This document shows, in pieces, positions 36,432 to 45,378 of a DNA stretch of 46,315 bases. The DNA lies in IMG/VR virus record IMGVR_UViG_3300044711_000125, positions 1-46,315 of that record; one strand, given 5' to 3'. The notes under the pieces were generated by a model. It ran no database searches. It was not told where the DNA came from and worked only from the letters and a program-made list of their open reading frames with translations. Numbering within the stretch: position 1 is the stretch's first letter; every line of letters begins with the position of its first letter. The DNA comes from a virus. Lineage: Duplodnaviria > Caudoviricetes. The position numbers and the translations under genes are program-made.

Positions 36432-37898
36432 GTGATAGCAGCCACTTATAGCGGGTTCGATATTTACCTGATTGATGAGGTGCCGGATTGGAAGGGGAGG
36501 GTGTCGGCGGAGTTTGATTTGGTGGCGGACCTGGTGGCGGGGCTTAGTAATCGGGAGAGCCGGCGGGCGTACGCGAAGGAGTTGAGGATTTCGAGTTTCC
36601 GGTATTCGTCGCTGCTGGAGACGATGCAGGCGTGGTCGGCGTATGAGGGGCTCCGGAATTACCAGGTGCAGCCGGTGGCGATGCCGTTTTGGCCGGGCGT
36701 GACGACGTGGGCGGACCGGGCCGGACGTCGGATTGCGAGCCGGTTGAATGTGGTTTTCAAGGAGGATTGGAGTCAGTGGGAGATTTTTGAGGTTGATGTC
36801 GCGGAGGATGGGATTGTTGAGAATGGCGAGCCGAGCTGGCCGGCGGCGGGAGATTTGGTGGCGCCGTTGCTTTGGGGGCGGTTGGAGAAGCGGGAGCTGG
36901 AGTGGGCGGACGGGACGACGGCGTTGTTGTCGGTGGAGTTCGTGGAGGCCGGGCCGTCGAAGTGGGCGCTGCGGCCGGTGATACTGGCGATCCTGGGGAC
37001 AGACCGGGATGCGATCCTGGGAACGGACGGCGGGGCGATACTCGAGGCGGGGGCGGTGACGTGGAAGGCGGGGCCGAAGCCGAGCAATGCGTGGGCGGTC
37101 GGGCCGGACGTTTTTCCATTTGAAGTGAATTTTGACGGGCCGCGGACGAGTTTTACGGTGTCGATTGTCCGGGAGCAGATTGGGTTTACGCGGGAGCCGG
37201 TGGAGACGGTTTATGCGCAGGCGAATGCGCGCGGGTTGGAGATGGCGCATGCGGGTCTGGACGGCGGGGCGATATCGGATTTGCTGAGGTTCTTCCTGGA
37301 GCATGGGGCGGGGAAGGTTTTTTGGGCGCCGGCGTGGAACGCGGCGACGGAGCTGACGGCCGACGTTGGGGCGACGGATACGACGCTGGAGGTGTTGGAC
37401 ACGACGGGGATCGAGGTCGGGGATTGGCTGGCGTTGATGGGGCCCGAGGGGGTGAGGGCGACGGCGCGGGTGCTGAGCAAGACTGATGACAGCCTGGAGA
37501 TTGATGCGGCGGTGGGGGAGTTTGCGGCGGCGGAAGTACTTCTGACGCAGTTGGTGCTGGCGCGGTTCGAAAAGACGCGGCTGGAGTTGGATTGGTCGGA
37601 GCCGGAGTTGATGACGTGCTCGCTTTCGGTGCGGGAGGTGCCGCCCGAGTACACGCCGGCGGGTGATGAGACGCTGGGGACGACGCTGGGGCTGCTGCCG
37701 GCGCGCGCGTATATTTATGAGTTTCGGATGACGCTGGCGGGGACGGAGTTTGTGGAGCGGTACACGAGTTACGAGCGGGACCTGATGCTGGGGGCGGATA
37801 TGTGCAAGAGCGAGAGGATCGAGCATACGGAGATCAAGCAGGGGATCATGCTGGATAAGGATGAGGTGGAGGTGAGGATGAGGAGAGTGGAGGTGTGA
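36432..37898 (+). CDS. Distal tail/hub protein ending in an apparent N-terminal piece of a DUF2163 (BR0599-like) domain
   Basis: Follows the tape measure; C-terminal YEF...RYTSYERDL...IEHTEI...LDKDEVEV pattern; GTG 36432. Confidence 0.7.
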   Translation: MIAATYSGFDIYLIDEVPDWKGRVSAEFDLVADLVAGLSNRESRRAYAKELRISSFRYSSLLETMQAWSAYEGLRNYQVQPVAMPFWPGVTTWADRAGRRIASRLNVVFKEDWSQWEIFEVDVAEDGIVENGEPSWPAAGDLVAPLLWGRLEKRELEWADGTTALLSVEFVEAGPSKWALRPVILAILGTDRDAILGTDGGAILEAGAVTWKAGPKPSNAWAVGPDVFPFEVNFDGPRTSFTVSIVREQIGFTREPVETVYAQANARGLEMAHAGLDGGAISDLLRFFLEHGAGKVFWAPAWNAATELTADVGATDTTLEVLDTTGIEVGDWLALMGPEGVRATARVLSKTDDSLEIDAAVGEFAAAEVLLTQLVLARFEKTRLELDWSEPELMTCSLSVREVPPEYTPAGDETLGTTLGLLPARAYIYEFRMTLAGTEFVERYTSYERDLMLGADMCKSERIEHTEIKQGIMLDKDEVEVRMRRVEV

Positions 37899-38013
37899 GG
37901 AGGGAAGTGCGAGGGACGAGGGAATAGCCGATAGCGAATAGCCCATAGCAAAGGATGCGAAGGCGCGAAGAGCGCAGAGGCGGAGGCAGAGGCGGAGGCA
38001 GAGGAAGAAGGGG

Positions 38014-38742
38014 ATGAGTGAGGAGAGCGGACTTTGGAAGCTGGCGTGTATGCGGCTGGAGGCGCCGCTTTATCTGACTATCCGGCAGGCGGAGGTGACG
38101 GGGGACGACAGCGACACGGCGAGTAATGATGAGGTGATTTTTACGGGCGAGGTGGTGAAGGCGTCGGTGAAGGGCCAGGTGATCTCGGGCAAGGCGGTGA
38201 GCGGCGGGAGTATGTTCGATCGGATGCTGCCGCGAGTTTTGTTTCAGCGCGGGTGCAATAATTCGCTGTTCGACGTCGGGTGCCGCGGGCCGGACGATGT
38301 CACGCTGCAGAGTAAGTGGAAGTTCACGGGGAGCGTTCAGGATCCGGGAAGTGCGGGATTTCCGTTTGAATTCGTGATCGAGGACCTGGCTGGGGATGGG
38401 ACGGCGGCGGCGGCGGCGATCACTGCGGATGCGGTGGACGAGAATTATTTTGGGGGAGGCTGGGTGGAGTTTGGGAGCGGGGCGAGCTGGCAGAGCCGGC
38501 CGATATTGTTGAGCACGGCGCCGGTGTCGGGAGTTTTGACGGTGACGCTGGATCGTGATCCGCGGCCGTATCCGGAGATCGGGGATGACGTGGTGATTTA
38601 TCCGGGGTGCAAAGGGCGGTACCAGGAGGATTGCATCGCGAAGTTCGGGAATGGGGACAATTTTTTGGGGCATCCGTTTTTGCCGTATGCGAACCCGAGT
38701 TTGGTGAAAAAGAATCAAAGTGCTGGGGGAGGGAAGAAGTGA
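38014..38742 (+). CDS. BR0599/DUF2163-like (gpL-equivalent) tail-tip protein, C-terminal part
   Basis: PRVLFQRGCNNSLFDVGC and YPGC...DCIAKFGNGDNFLGHPFLP. Confidence 0.85.
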   Translation: MSEESGLWKLACMRLEAPLYLTIRQAEVTGDDSDTASNDEVIFTGEVVKASVKGQVISGKAVSGGSMFDRMLPRVLFQRGCNNSLFDVGCRGPDDVTLQSKWKFTGSVQDPGSAGFPFEFVIEDLAGDGTAAAAAITADAVDENYFGGGWVEFGSGASWQSRPILLSTAPVSGVLTVTLDRDPRPYPEIGDDVVIYPGCKGRYQEDCIAKFGNGDNFLGHPFLPYANPSLVKKNQSAGGGKK

Positions 38743-38890
38743 GGGACGAGGGGAGAGGGGCGAGGGACGAGGCCTGACGCAAAGGACGCGAAGGGCGCAA
38801 AGAGAGACACGAATTACACGAATTGGCACGAATTCGGACCGAGGAAGAGGAAGAGGCAGAGCAGGAATAGCAAATAGCAAAGGGGAGAAG

Positions 38891-40180
38891 ATGAAGAGCA
38901 GAATTTTGGGGGTAACGATCGGGTTGTTGGTGGGCGCGCAGGCCTGGGGGGCGACGACGGGGCATCGGATTAGCGAGTTTCCGAACCGGAGCACGCTGGC
39001 GAGCAATATGTTGTTCGTGGTCGAGGATGTCGGGGTGACGAATTACAACATCTCGTGGGGCCAGATGACGAACCAGGTGAGCACGATGGCGACGACTATC
39101 GCGTCAAACTCGACGCACCAGGTGACGAGCTCGAATTTGTTCCTGGCGGGGCCAAGCAATAACGCGGCGGCGGCGCCGGCGATGTTCCGGCCGATTGATG
39201 TGAGTGATATCGCTTCGGGGTTGGCAGCGAGCAGCTCGACGTATTTGCGCGGGGATTGGACCTGGTCGGCGGTGGCGGGGGCGAGCGGCGGGACGGTGAC
39301 GAGCGTGGGGCAGACGGGGGACGGGGTTATTTTCAGCAATACGGTGCCGGGGTCGCCGGTGACGAGCTCGGGGACGTTGGTGCCGGGGCTGTTGAAGCAG
39401 ACGGCGAATACGGTTTTGGCGGGGCCGACGAGTGGCTCGACTGCGACGCCGACGTTCCGGAGCCTGGTGTCGGCGGATTTGCCGGCGTTTACGGTACCGG
39501 AAACGAATGTGACGGTGGTGAGCGGGAGTCCGCTTTTGTCGAGGTGGGCGGGGAGGCGGATCATGGCGTCGCAGTACGGGAATAGTTCCGGCGATACGAC
39601 GGGGCAGGATTTTGGATGGGAGCCGGCGTTCGGAGGCCTGCAGAGCGAGGTGGCCGCGTCCGCGACGGCGCATGGGTATCACCTTTTGACGACGTCGGCG
39701 ACGACGATCAATGTGGGAGAGTGCTATTTTCAGCCGTTCCATAGTGACGCGGAGGTGCCGAAGTCGAAGCCGGGAGTGTTCACGTGGCGGATCGCGATGA
39801 CGAATGCGGCGAGCGTGCGGTTCTGGGTGGGATTGAGCAGCCTGGGGCAGACTTTCTTTTACGACTCGGAAACTCCGAGCGGTTGGAATGCGGCGATTTT
39901 CAAGTTTTCGACGAATTCGGCGAACTGGTTTTTTATCACCAGTGACGGGAGCGCTTTGACGGCGACGGACACGGGTGTGGCGGGGAATAATTCGAACGTG
40001 GCGCTGACGGTGGAGCTGACGGGGGGCAATCCGATTGCGTATATCAACGGAGTGGCGGTGGCGACGAATTCATCGCATTTGCCGCTGACGGCGCTGATGC
40101 CGGTGGCGGTGATGACGACGCTGGCGACGCAGAGGAATGCGTGGAAGCTGTACGGGTTTTATGGGGAGCAGGATTGGTGA
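38891..40180 (+). CDS. Tail fibre-like protein with signal peptide
   Basis: MKSRILGVTIGLLVGAQAWG|A; RISEFP; STYLRGDWTW, GGTVTSV, GSPVTSSGTL and ANTVLAGPTSG...PTFRSLVSADLP fibre motifs; beta-rich C-terminal head. Confidence 0.8.
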   Translation: MKSRILGVTIGLLVGAQAWGATTGHRISEFPNRSTLASNMLFVVEDVGVTNYNISWGQMTNQVSTMATTIASNSTHQVTSSNLFLAGPSNNAAAAPAMFRPIDVSDIASGLAASSSTYLRGDWTWSAVAGASGGTVTSVGQTGDGVIFSNTVPGSPVTSSGTLVPGLLKQTANTVLAGPTSGSTATPTFRSLVSADLPAFTVPETNVTVVSGSPLLSRWAGRRIMASQYGNSSGDTTGQDFGWEPAFGGLQSEVAASATAHGYHLLTTSATTINVGECYFQPFHSDAEVPKSKPGVFTWRIAMTNAASVRFWVGLSSLGQTFFYDSETPSGWNAAIFKFSTNSANWFFITSDGSALTATDTGVAGNNSNVALTVELTGGNPIAYINGVAVATNSSHLPLTALMPVAVMTTLATQRNAWKLYGFYGEQDW

Positions 40181-40295
40181 GGGGAGGGGAGAGGGGAGAG
40201 GGGCGAGGCCTCACGCAAAGGGCGCGAAGGGCGCAAAGGCGGATAGCGGATAGCGGATAGCAGATGGAAGAGGCGGAGGCGGAGGAAGAGGGAAG

Positions 40296-40706
40296 ATGGA
40301 TAAGGGGGTAGCGGCGATTGGGGCGGTGGCGACGGCGGGGGTGATTGGCGTGATGCTGGTGACCAGGCCGGCGGTGCAGGATGACCAGGTGCATATCAGG
40401 TTGCATTGCCTCGAGGTGACGAATGCGGGGATTGCGATCGAGCCGGCGGCGGGGAATCCGGCTTATTTCACGAATTTTGGGGGGACGAATTGGGTTGTGC
40501 CGGCGGAGAGCCCGCAGGCGCAATTTACGGCGATTGTGGGGCCGGTTGTGGAGGTGTGGTGGGCGGCGACGAGCCGGGGTGTGTATGTCCGGAGATCGAA
40601 GGATTGCGTGAATTGGGAAGAGGTGAGGGTGAAGCATGTGGGGGCGACGAGTTTTTGGGCGAGGGTGGAGGGGACGATGGGGTTTTATCGGTTGAGGTAC
40701 GAATAG
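40296..40706 (+). CDS. Protein with N-terminal membrane anchor or signal
   Basis: VAAIGAVATAGVIGVMLV; ends SKDCVNW...GFYRL. Confidence 0.7.
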   Translation: MDKGVAAIGAVATAGVIGVMLVTRPAVQDDQVHIRLHCLEVTNAGIAIEPAAGNPAYFTNFGGTNWVVPAESPQAQFTAIVGPVVEVWWAATSRGVYVRRSKDCVNWEEVRVKHVGATSFWARVEGTMGFYRLRYE

Positions 40707-40812
40707 AGGGACGAGGGGAGAGGTGCGAGGGACGAAGCGGGGGAAATAGCCAATAGCGGATAGCGAATTGGGGAGGCAGAGGCAGAGGCGGAGGAAGAGG
40801 GGGAATGGGGAG

Positions 40813-41304
40813 ATGATTGAGAGTTGGTTTGATGGGGAGGAGAGGGTGGCGAAGTTGCGGGAGGCGGCGAGGAACTGGGTGGGGACGCCGTTTTTTGCGA
40901 ATGGGAATTGCAAGGGCAAGGGCGTGAGCTGCCAGAAGCTGGTGGCGGCGATTTACCGGGAGTGCGGGGCGCCGACGGCGGAGGTGCCGGACGTCGCAAT
41001 GGCGCATTCGAAGTTCAGCCGGGTGAGCCTGGTGGAACGGTTCATGGAGGGCGTGAAGGATTTTGTGGCGATTGATGTCTGCTGGCTGCGCGCGGGGGAT
41101 TTGATGGGGTTCAGGTTGGGCCGGGTGGTGCATCATTTGGGAATTTGCGTTCCGAGCCCGGGCTACGGAGAGCGGAGTGTGGAATTTATCCATGCGATGG
41201 AGCACGTGGGGACGGTGGTGAGCAGTTTGAGTGATGCGACGTGGAGCAGCCGGCTGCAGAGGGTGTGGAGGCCTGTCGGGAAAAAGTTGATAGTGGATAG
41301 TTGA
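40813..41304 (+). CDS. NlpC/P60 tail assembly protein (gpK-like)
   Basis: ARNWVGTPF...KGVSC...AGDLMGF...HHLGI...FIHA. Confidence 0.88.
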   Translation: MIESWFDGEERVAKLREAARNWVGTPFFANGNCKGKGVSCQKLVAAIYRECGAPTAEVPDVAMAHSKFSRVSLVERFMEGVKDFVAIDVCWLRAGDLMGFRLGRVVHHLGICVPSPGYGERSVEFIHAMEHVGTVVSSLSDATWSSRLQRVWRPVGKKLIVDS

Positions 41305-41353
41305 GAGTTGAGGGGAAGAGGCAGAGGCGGAGGAAGAGGAAGAAGTGAATTGA

Positions 41354-41545
41354 ATGAAGGGGGGGCAGCCACCAGTTAAACAGGAGGAGCCGGATCCGGC
41401 GAACCTGGATGAGAGCGAGCTGGCGAGTAACCAGGAGGTGAAGTGCGTGCCGTGGATGTCCGGGGAGCGGGCGGTGGCGGTGGAGTGGATTTCGCCGGTT
41501 TATGATCAGTTCACGAAGAATGTGCCCACTAGAGGCAAAAAATAA
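41354..41545 (+). CDS. Apparent detached N-terminal segment of the central tail-tip protein
   Basis: SNQEVKCVPWMSGERAVAVEWIS...GKK resembles the VP..G.R....IW start of phage tail-tip proteins. Confidence 0.6.
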   Translation: MKGGQPPVKQEEPDPANLDESELASNQEVKCVPWMSGERAVAVEWISPVYDQFTKNVPTRGKK

Positions 41546-41664
41546 TTAACCACGGATGACACGGATGGGCACGGATGTGAGTCGGAATAGCCGATCGACA
41601 ATAGCGGATAGCGGATAAGAAGAGGCGGAGGCGGAGGCAGAGGCGGAGCCAAAAGAATCCGGAG

Positions 41665-44600
41665 ATGAGCGTGAAGGGGAGGAGCGGCGGGGCACAGAAT
41701 TACTTCGGATCGATTGCCGGAGTGATCGGGGCCGGGCCGTACGATTGGCTGTCGTCGATGATCATCGACGGGAAAACGGTTTGGCCGACGGACCAGGGCT
41801 GGGCGGACGATATCATCGAGGTGCCGGTCGTGGGGGTGGAGCGGCGGGGGAGCGGGGCGTCGCGGATCACGATGGCGGCGCAGGCCGGGCTGGTGGATGG
41901 GGATTATTTCGTGGCGAGCGGGATCCCGGCGCCGTATGACACTTTCAATTGCGCGACGAAGACGAAGGTGTCGCATGTGAGCAATTCGGGGACGACGATC
42001 GCGTACCGGAACGCGAATCTGACGCCGGTGGTGGCGCCGCATTCGGTCGGGTTCGGGACGGTGACGAAGGTGGTGCATTATACGTCGGGGTCGGTGGTGA
42101 GATATTTGGGGGCGATCTGGCGGTGCGTGCTGACGCATGACGGATTGCCGAGCACGGCGCCGCCGAATCCGACTTATTGGACGGTGCACCGGGTGCTGCG
42201 CGCGGACGAGGCGAACCCTTACGCTTTCACGGTGGCGGACTCCATTGTGGCTTATGGGCAGGCGTATTTTTATTGGGGCACGGTGGACCAGGAGCTGAGG
42301 TCGGGCTCGTTTCTTCTGAAGAACGGGCATCCGCCGTACCGGCGCCAGGCATTGCTCGAGCTGGAGAATTTTCTTTTCGGCACGGAGAGGCAGGGGGCGC
42401 CGAACATCCAGATCGTGGGCGGACGAAATCCGGCGCAGAGCTTGATCACAGGGGACTCGGCCGACGTGGACGCGGATGGGCAGGCGAATCCGCTGGCCGG
42501 GGCGGCGGCGCTGTTGGTGGATCCGGTTTTTGGCATGGGCCTGGCCGGCGCGCGGTTGGATGGGACTTCATGGCAGGCTACGGCGGACGAGCTCGCGGCC
42601 GCGAGCGGCCGGACTTACTTCTCGATGTTGCTGGATCAGCAGAATTCTGCGCGGAGCTTTTTCGGGGTGCTGCTGGCGTATTACGACGGGTGGCTGCGGT
42701 TTGCGGCCGGGGCGAAGATCGAGGCGGGGAGATTTTTGCACAATGAAGCGCCGCCGAGTTTCACGGCAGCGACGACGATCGATTACAACGATTTGGTTGA
42801 GGAAGTGGAATGGGAGGCGCCGAGCTGGTCGGAGACGTTCAACGAGGTGGTGTGCAAGTTTGCCGATCGGGGCCGGGCGTGGAAGGACGCCGGGCAGATG
42901 GCGATATCGAGTTACAACCGGCAGATCGTGGGGGAGCCGCGGCGGACGACGGTGGACCGGCCGTGGATAACGCGGGAGGGCCAGGCGAGCGAATACGCGG
43001 GGGAATGGGCAAAGATTTACGCGCAGCCGTCGATCAGCGGCAACCTGGTGGTGCGGGCGGAGAAGGCGGCGAGCATCCGGCCGGGGGATTTGTTCGAGCT
43101 GACGCATGATGCGCTGGAGTTCTCGGTGGTGTGCCGGTGCGTGGAGAAGACGTATGCGATGCCGCCGGTGGGGCACGTGACGCTGCGGTTCGAGAGCGAG
43201 CAGGGGATTGCGCCGATACCGTATCAGCCGACGGTGAGCTCGAGGGGCGGAACGACGCTGGCGCCGGCGGAAGCGGTGACGCTGTTTCAATTCGTGCAGC
43301 CGCCGCCGACGCTGGCGCGTCCGCTGGCGACGGGGAAGGATTTCGAGCTGATGGTGCTGGCGGCGCGAACGAATCCGCTGAGCCTCGGGTTGCGGCCGTG
43401 GCTGAAGGTGGATGACGCGGAATCGTTTTATGAGCTGGGCGAGCAGCGGGGCTGGTCGGTGACGGGAACGCTGGCGGCCGATTACGGGGTGCCGGTGGAT
43501 GGTGAGACGGCGGAGCGCGGGCGGAGCGCGGGCGTGGCGACGTTGAAGGTGGTGGCGCATGGGTATTTGACGGGGTTTCACGTGAAGGTCACGGGCCTGG
43601 GCGCGGTTGAGTACAACGTGGATGACACGAGCATCACGGTGATCGATGCGGACCATTTCAGCTATGTGAACGCGGGGGCGGACGAGGGGACGACGGCGGA
43701 CACGGCCGGGAATGTGAACGTGATGCCGGATGACGACAGCGGGGACTTGGAGATCGAGCTGAACGAGGAAACGGTGGCGCCGGACCTGGAGAGGATTGGG
43801 GCGACGCAGACGGCGGACGCGATCAACGATAACGCGTTGTTGATTTGGCTGTTCAGCGCGGCGGACACGACGCAGTTCGAGGTGGCGACGGTAAAGCAGA
43901 TCACGCTGGAGTCGGGCGTGTACAAGGTGAAGGTGCGCCGGGGAAGGTATGCGACGACGCGGAAGGCTTTTGTGAGCGGGGATGGAGCGTGGATTGTTTT
44001 CCGGGAGGACCTGGTGAGCTATTCGCACGCGAAATTTGCGCAGTACGCGCAGACCGGAGGACCGGCGACGTTCCGCCTGCAGGCGTTCACGAAGAATGGG
44101 GAGGCGGACCTGAGCAATCCGGATTTGTGCCCGGATATCGATTTTACGTTTGGGGATCCGTATGCGCCGACGGTGAACTGGGAGCTGCCGCAGGTGTCGG
44201 TGGCCGGCGTGTGGACGGATATCACGAATTTCGAAACGCTGTTTTCGAAGACGGACATTTTCCGGTTTGGGTTCGAGATCAGCGCGCCGAACGGAGCGCT
44301 GGTGGAGGCGCGGCTGGTGGGGCGGCTGGGAAGCGTGGAGCTGACGCTTTGGGCGCAGAGCTTCGTGGCCAGCGGCGTGGCGCTGAAGGCGACGACGGGG
44401 AGCCTGACCTCGGATGGATGCTGGTCGATCATTTTGGTGGTGAAGGATTCGAGCAACCGGGTGATCGAGTTCCCGCTGACGGTGCCGGTGAGTTTGGTTG
44501 GGCATTTCATCCTGGGGACGGAAGGATTCGGGATTTATGGGACGGATGGAGCGGGAATTTTCGAGGCCGGCCCGGGCGGGGAGGGTTTGGCGATCGCAAC

Positions 44601-44973
44601 GATTTGCATCGGGTCGGGGTCGCAAGTGATCATGCCGGTGGTGACGCCGGCGGGCGCAACGAAATCATGGCAAGGAGCGAAGCTGACGCTGAGCTGCGCG
44701 ACGCCGGGGGCGACGATCTATTATCAGGTGCACGAATATCTGGCGTCCGCGCCGGCACAAAATGCGCCGGGAAATGGCTGGTCGTTGTACGCGACTCCGT
44801 TCGTGGTGAACTGGGGAACGGGCAAGAAAACTATCTGGTACTACGCGACGAAGGCGGGACTGACGCAGAGTTTCCTGGGCCGTGATACGTATGCCTATTC
44901 AGCGACGGATTCGGGTGGCGGCGGTGGCGATGACTTCTTCCCGGCCGGCGGCGGACCGGCGAATCCGCCTTGA
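41665..44973 (+). CDS. Central tail-tip / host specificity protein (gpJ-like)
   Basis: 1102 aa; GPYD.L..M.IDGK.VW, HPPYR, FGTERQGAPN, ANP, NEVVCKFADR, IRPGDLF; C-terminal Ig/Fn3-like module (TPGATIYY). Confidence 0.85.
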   Translation: MSVKGRSGGAQNYFGSIAGVIGAGPYDWLSSMIIDGKTVWPTDQGWADDIIEVPVVGVERRGSGASRITMAAQAGLVDGDYFVASGIPAPYDTFNCATKTKVSHVSNSGTTIAYRNANLTPVVAPHSVGFGTVTKVVHYTSGSVVRYLGAIWRCVLTHDGLPSTAPPNPTYWTVHRVLRADEANPYAFTVADSIVAYGQAYFYWGTVDQELRSGSFLLKNGHPPYRRQALLELENFLFGTERQGAPNIQIVGGRNPAQSLITGDSADVDADGQANPLAGAAALLVDPVFGMGLAGARLDGTSWQATADELAAASGRTYFSMLLDQQNSARSFFGVLLAYYDGWLRFAAGAKIEAGRFLHNEAPPSFTAATTIDYNDLVEEVEWEAPSWSETFNEVVCKFADRGRAWKDAGQMAISSYNRQIVGEPRRTTVDRPWITREGQASEYAGEWAKIYAQPSISGNLVVRAEKAASIRPGDLFELTHDALEFSVVCRCVEKTYAMPPVGHVTLRFESEQGIAPIPYQPTVSSRGGTTLAPAEAVTLFQFVQPPPTLARPLATGKDFELMVLAARTNPLSLGLRPWLKVDDAESFYELGEQRGWSVTGTLAADYGVPVDGETAERGRSAGVATLKVVAHGYLTGFHVKVTGLGAVEYNVDDTSITVIDADHFSYVNAGADEGTTADTAGNVNVMPDDDSGDLEIELNEETVAPDLERIGATQTADAINDNALLIWLFSAADTTQFEVATVKQITLESGVYKVKVRRGRYATTRKAFVSGDGAWIVFREDLVSYSHAKFAQYAQTGGPATFRLQAFTKNGEADLSNPDLCPDIDFTFGDPYAPTVNWELPQVSVAGVWTDITNFETLFSKTDIFRFGFEISAPNGALVEARLVGRLGSVELTLWAQSFVASGVALKATTGSLTSDGCWSIILVVKDSSNRVIEFPLTVPVSLVGHFILGTEGFGIYGTDGAGIFEAGPGGEGLAIATICIGSGSQVIMPVVTPAGATKSWQGAKLTLSCATPGATIYYQVHEYLASAPAQNAPGNGWSLYATPFVVNWGTGKKTIWYYATKAGLTQSFLGRDTYAYSATDSGGGGGDDFFPAGGGPANPP

Positions 44974-45035
44974 GGCAAAGAGCGGGAGCTGATATAGACG
45001 GGCAAAAGGAGGCGCGGGCAGGGAAAGGGGAGGAG

Positions 45036-45362
45036 ATGAAAACATTCAGGGTGGAGGGAGAGGACATGCGGATGCTTCGAAGCATCGCAATGGCGCTGCG
45101 GGATAACAACCATCGGTTGGCGGAGTATGGCAAGGCGGCTGATGCGGCGAAAAAGCAGCTTGCCAAATGGCTGAAGGAGAATCGGGAATGCGACGTGGAG
45201 ACGCTGGTGGTCGGCGATATCGTGCAGATCGAGGACGTGGTGATGATCGAGGTTTCGGGCCAGATGAAGTTTGATCAGAGCGGATTCAGGCTGGCGGAGC
45301 CGGCGAGCTTCGAGAAGTGGCAGAAGGAGATGGCGATCCGCAAGTTCAAGCCGCTTGTGTGA
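45036..45362 (+). CDS. Hypothetical protein (108 aa)
   Basis: ATG 45036 after GGAGG; protein-like sequence. Confidence 0.75.
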   Translation: MKTFRVEGEDMRMLRSIAMALRDNNHRLAEYGKAADAAKKQLAKWLKENRECDVETLVVGDIVQIEDVVMIEVSGQMKFDQSGFRLAEPASFEKWQKEMAIRKFKPLV

Positions 45363-45378
45363 GGAGGGGAAGTGCGGG

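Noticed and set aside
40813-41304. NlpC/P60 as the endolysin
   Set aside because: Its position between gpL-like and gpJ-like genes matches the tail assembly protein K.
17098-44625. Long minus-strand ORFs (e.g. 17098-18843, 20820-22949, 34573-36264, 42568-44625)
   Set aside because: R/P/H-rich shadow frames of real plus-strand genes, caused by high GC and strand skew.
38891-44973. Diversity-generating retroelement acting on tail genes
   Set aside because: No reverse transcriptase and no template/variable repeat pair seen.
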